Positions 10,217-18,234 of a stretch of 64,000 bases of DNA are shown in pieces. Positions within the stretch are counted from its first letter, which is position 1. The number at the start of each line of letters is the position of its first letter. The DNA comes from an uncultured delta proteobacterium (GTDB taxonomy: Bacteria; Myxococcota_A; Polyangia; Fen-1088), in NCBI GenBank assembly GCA_963796685.1, contig CAWCMR010000011.1, forward strand, positions 1 through 64,000. The letters run 5' to 3'. The position numbers were made by a program, and so were the translations under genes. Under the pieces are notes generated by a model, which had not been told where the DNA came from, did no database searches, and saw only the letters and a program-made list of their open reading frames with translations.

Positions 10217-10413
10217 TGTTTCCTCCTCGGTGGACGGGTCGGGATCATCCCGGCCCTGAGAGGAGGACACCTCCGTTATGCTGAGCCGTCTAGGGCGCGC
10301 CACGCGGTCAACTACCCGCCGACACGCAGGGATCGTGACGGGCACATCGCGGCACTCCGCATAATCGAGCGCTCCGCATAACATGGCTTATGCGGTGCTC
10401 TGCATAACCCGTG

Positions 10414-11548
10414 TTATCGGACAAGATGGCAACGAGGTCGGGGAATCAACGGGATCAGCTTCTCTATCAGCTCGTGCGGCGTGAATACGATCTGCGTCGT
10501 GCCGTTCCGCCAAACTCGCTTGAAGCGCAAGGCAAGCCGGCCGTCGGGCAGTTCTTGTAGGCGGTCGTTGGCAATGGGCGGCCTGGCAAGGTAGCGACAC
10601 AAGTGTTCGAGGCCGTCGCGATCGTTGGCACCCACGCGTACGTTCGCGTGCACGTTGAAACCGGCGACCTCCGCGCATCGCTTGCCTATGATCGCGGCTT
10701 CGGCATCCTCGCCGGTACCTCCCAGTCCCAATACGCGACAGCCTCGGCGCGGCCCCGTCGCGACTAGGCCTTGCACGGAGGCATTGGCCAGATGGTCGAG
10801 GGTCAACTGGTCGTCCTTGTCTTCCCCTGTGAGCCGCCCCAGATAGCGCGTGACCTTCCGGCACACGGCACGCGCCAGGCGCGCAATGTCCTCGTCGCTG
10901 GGTGCGGGCAGCGGGTGAAACAGCAGGTTGCCGTCGGGCTGCTCGGCGTACACCATCCATCGCGATGACGTGGAAGTGAACATTCAAATTCAGCGACGAC
11001 CCGAATCGCTGCACGACGGTCAGGCTTCCGGTCTGCAGCCGGCCACGCAGCTTGCGCTTCCGTGCGCGCCGACGCAGGTCGGAGTTGATGGCGCTGATGA
11101 ATGCGCCAAGCACCACGCTCGTGGCGTCGGGCGAATAGGCCATCTTGAAGCGCAAGGCATACGGTAGCGAGAGCACGTACTGTCGAGTGGGAACGCGGGG
11201 AAAAAGGTAATCCACGCAGAAAGCCGCCGTGTCGGCCATCCTGCGGCCAAGACAACTTGGGCAAAAACCACGTCGTTTACACGCGAACGCCACGACTCCG
11301 CTATGCCCGCAGTCTTTGCATCGGACGCGCAAAAAGCCATGAACCGGAATGCCACAACGAAGGTAAGCCTCGAGCTCGTCAAGCACGAAGGCGGGCAGCT
11401 CGCCGCCTCCTGATTCCAGATCTGCCAGGAACGTTGCCCAGTGTTCCTGTATCGTTCGATAAAGCAAGGTCGTTTCGGGGCGATGCCGCTCATACGCGCC
11501 CGCGGGCGCGTGGGTGTGACAGCTTGCTGCTGGTTGCGTGGAAAGCAC
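10414..11548 (-). pseudogene. IS91/ISCR HUH transposase N-terminal and catalytic part; frameshift near 10950, stop at 10414-10416
   Basis: Zn motif CKDC...CKRRGFCPSC; QRFGSSLNLNVHFH; GFNVHA; LCRYLARPP; PRPRCHLVR. Confidence 0.92.
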
Positions 11549-11603
11549 CAGCGGGACCTCTCGGCAACACTGCGATATTTGTTGCTAGCGGAACGCGCTT
11601 CGA

Positions 11604-11859
11604 CCACTTCCTGGAGGTCATGGCCTGTCCCGGTGGCTGCATCGGCGGCGGCGGTCAACCCTTGCCCACCGACGAAGAGACCCGCCGCAGGCGCATCGAA
11701 GCCATGTACGCCGAGGATCGCAGCATGCCCATTCGGCAATCGCACAAGAACCCGGCCATCCGTACGGTGTACGACGAGTTCCTGGGCGAGCCCTGCGGCG
11801 AGAAGGCGCACCACCTTCTGCACACGCACTACGCCGCCCGCTCGCCGCGCGGATTTTAA
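11604..11859 (+). pseudogene. 3' remnant of an [FeFe]-hydrogenase (H-cluster P3 motif plus small-subunit domain)
   Basis: FLEVMACPGGCIGGGGQP...SHKNPAIRTVYDEFLGEP...AHHLLHTHY. Confidence 0.92.
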
Positions 11860-11960
11860 CCCCACACACTGTCGCTAAGGCCTAGCCGACGTATAAGGTC
11901 AGCCACGGCTTGCTGTCCCGAGAGATATCGCCGATGGGTCATGCTGCCTGCCGGAGCCTA

Positions 11961-12070
11961 GGCTAGTCGGTACAAGCACCCTTTTCCTTCACCACCAGAA
12001 ACGTCGATAACCGATCTTCTGTGGACTACACCCACCTACACTACATGCCCTGGCTGTCCCTATGCCCCAG
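11961..12070 (-). repeat. Second, diverged copy of the IS91-like oriIS end
   Basis: Shares cctttt-ccttcacca...cgataaccgatcttctgt..actacacccacctaca...ggct.tccctatgccc with 2945-3036. Confidence 0.8.
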
Positions 12071-12357
12071 CTGTCCCTCCCGGCGGCCCAGGGACCATGC
12101 AGCTCTACCGGATTGGGTCTGCGCATCACCTGCTGCGGTTCGTCTCCGATGCGAGTGGCGCAACTCTCCACTACCACTAGCTGGCCGCCGACGCGCGGCC
12201 GCTTTCGGACGTCACGCTCGGCGACGTGAACGTCCTACGACCCGTCGCCCTGTTCCAGACCACCTCGGGACTGCTCGCAGATTGGTACTCGATGAAAGGC
12301 ATCTATCTGTCGCCGCTCTGCCCATAGCGGACGTCCCGTGGGGACCGGCCGAGTCAG

Positions 12358-12461
12358 TGAAGATGAGAGACGACTATTGGTACAGCAGCTACCTCGGAAA
12401 TCTCTACCTGCTCGCCATGTCGGGGAACATGTGGAACCCCGACATCCTCGGCGTCAAGTAG
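12358..12461 (+). pseudogene. 3' stump resembling a GH8 glycoside hydrolase C-terminus
   Basis: DYWYSSYLGNLYLLAMSGNMW resembles the terminal YY...L.LL..SGN helix of GH8 enzymes; short match. Confidence 0.45.
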
Positions 12462-12667
12462 CCGTCGAGGAATGCCGGGCGTCATGCACCTCGTGGCCGG
12501 ACTTACGATACGCTCGCTTGACCGGCCTTGAGGACGCCTTGGGATTCCGGGTTTCGCCGATCACGGCAAAACACGGAATCCTTTGGCGATGTGGGGAATC
12601 CAACCAACGGTTTGCTCCTCACAACCCATTCGCGGCGCCGGCAGGGGCGTCGCACAGGAGATATGGA

Positions 12668-12931
12668 ATGCCCACCGTCATCGGATATCATCACGTGAAG
12701 GACACCAAGCATTGGCTCGCCTCGCCCATGCGCAAGAAGTTCTTTGGCCCGCTTGGTGTCACTGGCATTCGCACATTCGTCGACCCGCAGAATCCGACTC
12801 GCGTCGCGGTGCTGATGGATGTTCCTGATATGAATACGCTCAAGACCGCGATGAGCTCCCCAGGTGCTGCCGAGGCGATGGCGCACGATGGAGTGCTGGC
12901 CGAGACGCTGGTCATGCTTGTCGAGACGTAG
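12668..12931 (+). CDS. Small conserved hypothetical protein (87 aa, ferredoxin-like-fold pattern)
   Basis: aggag RBS; HxVKD...W...AM..DGV pattern. Confidence 0.75.
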   Translation: MPTVIGYHHVKDTKHWLASPMRKKFFGPLGVTGIRTFVDPQNPTRVAVLMDVPDMNTLKTAMSSPGAAEAMAHDGVLAETLVMLVET

Positions 12932-12977
12932 CCGGATCCTGGATGTTGGCAGGTAGGATTGTGCGCCAGGAGGCCCC

Positions 12978-13496
12978 ATGACACCCGACGCGATCAAACT
13001 TTGGGCCCGATACAACGCCCACGCCAACACGGAAATGGGACGTGTGCTCGACCAGCTCGCCGATGCGGAGTGGAACCGGGTGTTGGGTGGCTATTACCCG
13101 TCCATCCGTTCGCTTTGTTCCCACCTGTTCATCGTCGATTTCAGCTGGCTGCGACGCTTTACCAACCTTCGCCCGTTCGCCTACGCCCAGCACCCCATCT
13201 TCCAAGGAAACCCGACTGGGGGTGGGTTGCTCTTTCCCAGCGTCCTCGACTACGACACCGAGAGGAAGGCCTTGGACGAATGCCTCACGAGGTTTGCCGA
13301 GGAGGTCACGGCCGAGGACCTGACGAAGCGCCTGCGCTACAAGGACTTCAAAGGCATCGATCAAGAGCGGAAAGTAAGTGGGCTGATCTTGCACATGTTC
13401 AATCACCAGGCCCACCACCGGGGCATGATCTCCCTCTATCTCGACATGCTCGGCAAGGAGAACGACTTCAGCTCGCTGTTGGGGCTGGTCGAGTAG
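12978..13496 (+). CDS. DinB family protein
   Basis: RYNAHAN, SIRSLCSH, HMFNHQAHHRG metal-binding motif. Confidence 0.9.
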   Translation: MTPDAIKLWARYNAHANTEMGRVLDQLADAEWNRVLGGYYPSIRSLCSHLFIVDFSWLRRFTNLRPFAYAQHPIFQGNPTGGGLLFPSVLDYDTERKALDECLTRFAEEVTAEDLTKRLRYKDFKGIDQERKVSGLILHMFNHQAHHRGMISLYLDMLGKENDFSSLLGLVE

Positions 13497-13597
13497 AACG
13501 CCGCGACTGAACCGGCGACGCGTTTACGATCCTTCGGCGGCCGAACAGGAAGGTGGGCACCCCCAGCACGCCTCGCACCCGCTGTCTCGACAGCACA

Positions 13598-14539
13598 TCA
13601 CCTGTCTCTCGGAATGAACCCGGGAACACCGGTCTGCACGACCGCATTGAACCTGACCCGCGTCTTGATTCCTTCGCTGATTTCCCTCACGGCGTCTTCA
13701 GGAATAGCCGAGATCTCAAAGTTCTCCTTGATGCGGCCAGGAGTCTTCGAGGTGGTCAGAAGCGCCGTTCCGCGCTGGATAGCCCAAGCGAGCAACACCT
13801 GCGCCGGGGTCTTGTTGACTCGCCTGGCGATGGCGGTGATGACGGGATCCTCGAGCAACTTGGGCTCGCTACTATGCCCGAGCGCCGCGAACGCCTGCAG
13901 CACGATGCCATTCTCTTTGCAATAGCTCAAAAGGTCCCATTCCGGGAGGTACGGATGAGATTCGACGTGAGCGACCGCAGGCTTGATCCTCGCGGCATCG
14001 AAGATTCCTTTCACCTGTTCCAGGCTGACGTCGGATAGTCCGATAGCCTTGCACTTGCCTTCATCCACGAGGGTCTCCAGCGCCCTCCAGGTATCGAGCA
14101 ACGTCACCCCTCTATCATAGATAACCGCGCCGTTTGCATCCCTTGGGTCTTGCTCGTCTCCGGGTTGGAAGGCAAAGGGGGTGTGGATGAGATAGAGATC
14201 GACGAGCTCGAGTTGGAGTCTCTTGAGACTTGCCTCGAAAGCAGGTTTGACACGTTCGGGACGATGATTGGTATTCCATAGCTTCGTGACGACAAACACA
14301 TCCTCCCGCTTAACCCTCCCTTCCCTGAACACTTCTTCCATCGCTTCGCCGACCTCCTTTTCGGTGCGGTAGCGTTCCGAAGTGTCGAGCAGGCGGAATC
14401 CTGCTTCCAGCGCCGCCTTGGTCGCACCCCTGGTTGCGACGGGATCGGGAATGAGTGTGCCAAAGCCTAATGCGGGAATGGCACCGGCGCCGTTGTTGAG
14501 AGGGATCTTTGTATGGCGAAGACTGTCGGTGGCTAGCAC
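13598..14539 (-). CDS. Aldo/keto reductase
   Basis: IPALGFGT, LDTSERY, TKLWN, DLYLIH, AIGLS; GTG start after aagggag. Confidence 0.93.
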   Translation of the reverse strand: MLATDSLRHTKIPLNNGAGAIPALGFGTLIPDPVATRGATKAALEAGFRLLDTSERYRTEKEVGEAMEEVFREGRVKREDVFVVTKLWNTNHRPERVKPAFEASLKRLQLELVDLYLIHTPFAFQPGDEQDPRDANGAVIYDRGVTLLDTWRALETLVDEGKCKAIGLSDVSLEQVKGIFDAARIKPAVAHVESHPYLPEWDLLSYCKENGIVLQAFAALGHSSEPKLLEDPVITAIARRVNKTPAQVLLAWAIQRGTALLTTSKTPGRIKENFEISAIPEDAVREISEGIKTRVRFNAVVQTGVPGFIPRDR

Positions 14540-14621
14540 GGCACTATGTCTCCCTTGAGATTTTCCATCACTCACTTCTTCGTGAATGGTTGCGTGCCCC
14601 GACGTTCCGGGCAAGGGCCTT

Positions 14622-15359
14622 TCACCACTTGGCGCCGGCATGGGCGCCTCCATCAATGCGCAGATTCTCCCCATTCACCATGGGCGCCGACTGCAGATAG
14701 AGCACGGCATCCACGATTTCCGAGACTTGGACCAGGCGCGGGATGGGGTGAAGCTTCTTCAGGAGCGCATGGTCGTCTCGGGCGTGCATCGGAGTATCGA
14801 CCACGCCCGGCGAGATCGTGTTGGCGCGAATCCCTTCGGTCACGTATTCCATCGCCAGGGCGCGGCTGAAAGCTGGGATGCTGGCTTTGGTGATGACCGG
14901 GAGCATGCTGTGCGCGCCGGCCAACGGCTGGTCGGTGAGGACCGTAGAGATGCTGACGATGTGCCCCGATTTTTGTTGGCGCATCTGCGCCACCACCTGT
15001 TGCGTGATGAAGAAGTAGCCAGCGATGTTCGTGCCGATCATCGCCTCGAAATCCTCGGGCGTGTAGTCGGTGAACGGTTTCGGAAGGTAGATGCCGGCAG
15101 AGTTGACGAGGAGATCGATGCGAGCGAACCGTCGGAGTGCGGCCTGCACCACCCGAACCGCCGTTTCCTTCTTGCCGATGTCACCGTCCACGAGAACAAG
15201 ATCTTCCGAAGCTCGCAGCTCTTTCGATTGGCTGATGGTGCGCGAATTGCCTACGACGCGAAAGCCATGCTGCAGAAGCCCCTGGGTGATGGCCAGACCT
15301 ATGCCGCTGGAGGCGCCCGTGACGATGGCCGTCTGCCCCTCTTTGCCCGGTGCGATCAT
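14622..15359 (-). CDS. SDR family oxidoreductase
   Basis: TGASSGIG, NSAG, ISPGVVDTPM, IDGG; atypical ITK active-site motif. Confidence 0.92.
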   Translation of the reverse strand: MIAPGKEGQTAIVTGASSGIGLAITQGLLQHGFRVVGNSRTISQSKELRASEDLVLVDGDIGKKETAVRVVQAALRRFARIDLLVNSAGIYLPKPFTDYTPEDFEAMIGTNIAGYFFITQQVVAQMRQQKSGHIVSISTVLTDQPLAGAHSMLPVITKASIPAFSRALAMEYVTEGIRANTISPGVVDTPMHARDDHALLKKLHPIPRLVQVSEIVDAVLYLQSAPMVNGENLRIDGGAHAGAKW

Positions 15360-15703
15360 GCCTTCCCCACTGCAGACTTTGGACGATCAGGCGGACGCGA
15401 AATCCGCGTCCAGCTGGACGGCTTCATGGGAATATCTCCTTTCGCGACCGTTTGATGAACCAGTTCCGGATCCGGTTCCTTATGGCGCGTAGGAATTTTG
15501 AGCGCTCTTCTCGGATCGCCGCGTCGTGACTCGGCGTGTCCTATACTCGGGATTGCGTCAAGGAATCGTCTCGGGCTGTACGATGACGATGGCGTTGCGC
15601 CACTGCCTGCACCTTGAAAGGGCTGCCCCCTATGTCAAGAGACCTGGAATCACTCTGTCGGTTCGCCTTTAAGTAAATCGCGCGACGCGCTACTGTGCGC
15701 ACC

Positions 15704-16028
15704 ATGAATATCAAGCTAGCCTGCTTCAGCCGGCCTCATTGCCACCTGACTTCCCTTCTCGGCGTGTTCGCAGCTTTGTGGTGCACGTCCGCGTCCGGGA
15801 ATGGAGGCGCCCATCTGCGCGGTCGATCACGGCACGGCAATTGCGGGAATCACCGAGGCATTCGCAGGCGCTGCGCCCGATCTCGGCGCGTTCGAATCCG
15901 GTGAGGCGGTATGGTCGGCCGGGGCCACGCGAAGCGCCGACGCGACCGTCTGCGGGAAGATTGCGGACGTAACCAGCGTGCTGCCTCCGCTTTACGTGTC
16001 GCCCTGGCTGACTGTTGCAGACGAGTGA
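15704..16028 (+). pseudogene. Internally deleted secreted beta-helix-type protein remnant
   Basis: Signal-peptide-like start joined out of frame to AVDHG...GAAPDLGAFE, a typical C-terminal motif. Confidence 0.45.
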
Positions 16029-16129
16029 ATTCTCCCGATCACGCCAAGCTTCCTTCTCGATGAACGGTTCCAAGACGTCACCCTTCTTCCCGCTTGGGGA
16101 CCGCGCCGTGGGGGGGTACGCTGCCGCGG

Positions 16130-17728
16130 ATGAGCTGGCACATCCTCTCCCCCACCTTGCGCAACCGAGCCGTCGACGCGACAGCCTTGGGGCTTCTGGG
16201 CGCCTTGTTCGGCGTTACCGTTTACCGCGCCGCCACCCAGTCCATCGTCCACGACGAGGCCTTGACCTACAACTGGTTCCTCGCCTCGGGCTCCCTGCAC
16301 CTGTTCGACATGAACGCCAACAACCACGCCCTCAACACCCTGCTTGCCAGACTGGCGCTCGTGCTCGGCGGGCACTCGGAGCTGACCCTGCGTGCACCTG
16401 CCCTGCTCGGCGCCTTGCTCTGCCTCAGCGCCCTCTTTTTGCTCGCCCGAGCGCTACTACGCCCCGGCAGGTGGTTCCTCCTCGGCCTCGCGTCGCTCGC
16501 CCTCAACCCGCTCCTGCTCGACTTCCTGTGTGCCGCGCGCGGCTACGGCTTGGCGACCGGCTTTACCCTGTGGGCCTTGCTGCTTCTCCTACAGGCGCTC
16601 GAAGAAAAGGGCTCCGCCATGCCCGGTCCCAAGCCGCTCTGGCTGCTGGGATCGCTGGCGCTGGGGCTGTCCCTGGCCGCCAACCTCGCCTTCCTGATCG
16701 TCGACGCCGCCGTCGCGCTCCTGTTCGTCGGCCTGCTGACCGTGCACGCGGCGCGCAGGGTGCCGCGGCCGTCCCTGGCACGACTGGCAGGGCGAATGCT
16801 CGGCTGGTTCGCGGTCCCGGGGCCAACGCTGGCTGCGCTGATCTGGTGGCCGTTTCTGCGCAAGGCCGAGGCCGCCCACTTCTACGTCGGCACCAGCTCG
16901 CTGCGCGAGTGCGCCACCCAGCTGGTGGAGTCTTCGCTGTTCCTCGCCCGGACCAGCATTTCCAGCGTCGCCGACCTCGCTCGCCCGACCGAGGCCATGC
17001 TCGACCCCTGGCAGCGCGGGCTGCTCCACGCGGTCGTGCTGGTGCTGCTGCCCCTCGCCGGAATCCTTCTGGCAGCGGCCGCCGCCGTAATCGCGCGGCG
17101 GGTGTGGCGCGTCGGCAGCCTGCTCGGCGTTAGCCGCTCCGAGCGCGGCGCACTGCTGCTCGTCGGGGTGCTCTTCACAACCCTCGGCCTGCTCTTCGTC
17201 ACCCGCCACACCGCGGGTCTGCTGTACCCGGTGGACCGGACCGGCATCTACTTCATCCCGCTGCTCACCCTGGCCGTGTGGACCTGCCTATGCGCGTTGA
17301 TCGAGCGTCGGGCGAGAGGCCGCCGGTGGGTCGAGTGGCCCGCGCTCGGCGTCGTGTGCCTGCTCATCGCCGCCTACCTAGCCAACTTCCACGTCGCCTA
17401 CTTCAAGACCTGGCGCTACGACGCCGGGAGCAAGGCGATCTTCGCCGGGCTGGCTGCTCGACACAGGGCCGAACCAGGCAAGACGTTCAGCGTGGGCGGG
17501 CACTGGCTCTATGAACCGAGCCTCAACTTCTACCGCCAGCTAAATGCACGGGAAGCCGGCGGGAGGCCGTGGTTGCAACCCATCTTGCGCACATCGCGGC
17601 CGCGGCCGTCCAACTACGATCTCTTCGTGTGCAACCCGGTCGACTTCCCCAACGTGGACTGGACGCAATACCCGGCGCTCGTCCGCGACCCGGTCTCGGG
17701 CACCACCCTGTACCGCAACCCGCGCTGA
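16130..17728 (+). CDS. Polytopic membrane glycosyltransferase (GT-C, ArnT/PMT-like)
   Basis: HDEALTY after TM1, NNHALNT, LRAPALL, ARGYGL; many TM segments. Confidence 0.8.
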   Translation: MSWHILSPTLRNRAVDATALGLLGALFGVTVYRAATQSIVHDEALTYNWFLASGSLHLFDMNANNHALNTLLARLALVLGGHSELTLRAPALLGALLCLSALFLLARALLRPGRWFLLGLASLALNPLLLDFLCAARGYGLATGFTLWALLLLLQALEEKGSAMPGPKPLWLLGSLALGLSLAANLAFLIVDAAVALLFVGLLTVHAARRVPRPSLARLAGRMLGWFAVPGPTLAALIWWPFLRKAEAAHFYVGTSSLRECATQLVESSLFLARTSISSVADLARPTEAMLDPWQRGLLHAVVLVLLPLAGILLAAAAAVIARRVWRVGSLLGVSRSERGALLLVGVLFTTLGLLFVTRHTAGLLYPVDRTGIYFIPLLTLAVWTCLCALIERRARGRRWVEWPALGVVCLLIAAYLANFHVAYFKTWRYDAGSKAIFAGLAARHRAEPGKTFSVGGHWLYEPSLNFYRQLNAREAGGRPWLQPILRTSRPRPSNYDLFVCNPVDFPNVDWTQYPALVRDPVSGTTLYRNPR

Positions 17729-18234
17729 AGAGGATCGCGGGCTCGCCTCCGTCCGAGCTAGCGTCCCAGCTCCCTAGCCACGGGTGAACGGGTGCCATGC
17801 TCAACCTGGACATACACGAGGCGGTGGCCCAAGTTGTGGAACGCGCCGCCTTAGAAATTGGCGTGAAACGCGCCCGCACGTGCCCGAGTAACGCTCGCGT
17901 GCCGCAGCCGGATCCGTGACGTCGAGCGGGGCGATGCGCAGTCGGTTGCTCGGCAACAGAATGTCGAGGTCGCGCAAGTCGCTCGATGCGGATCTGCTGG
18001 CCGGAATAGGAAGGGTCCAAAGTGAACGTCTTGCGGTACCAGCCGACGCCCCCGTCGAGGAGTGACTTCTTGGCGATGGCTCAGGCGCTTGGATGGCCCA
18101 TGGACCAGCGACAGAAATCGCGGCCTTGGCAGCCTTGATGGCCGACTCACGGCTCGTGACTTGACGACGCTTTCCACCCGGCCTTGATCACCAGCTCAAC
18201 CACCCGCGTCAGGTCTGCTGGGTGGCGTTCCAAT

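Larger units (their letters stand above)
3536..10407 (-). mobile_element. Outer RIT element (three tyrosine recombinases), ~3.45 kb once the inner RIT is removed
   Basis: Perfect 27-bp IRs ttatgcggagcgctcgattatgcggag (3536-3562 / 10355-10381); internal arm sites 3619-3628 and 10276-10285; palindrome 10388-10407. Confidence 0.92.
2931..11603 (-). mobile_element. IS91/ISCR-like rolling-circle element interrupted by nested RIT elements
   Basis: Split HUH transposase; oriIS-like end (minus strand ...gggcttcttttgcctatgct) at 2931; right boundary approximate, set where hydrogenase sequence begins. Confidence 0.8.

Noticed and set aside
10286-10354. gatccc-N6-tcgg similarity between the outer RIT upstream spacer and its target
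   Set aside because: Only 10 of 16 matches; plausible by chance in GC-rich DNA.
11257-11603. N-terminal part of the 200-aa hydrogenase-like ORF
   Set aside because: It is the antisense of the IS91 transposase; only 11604 onward is hydrogenase.
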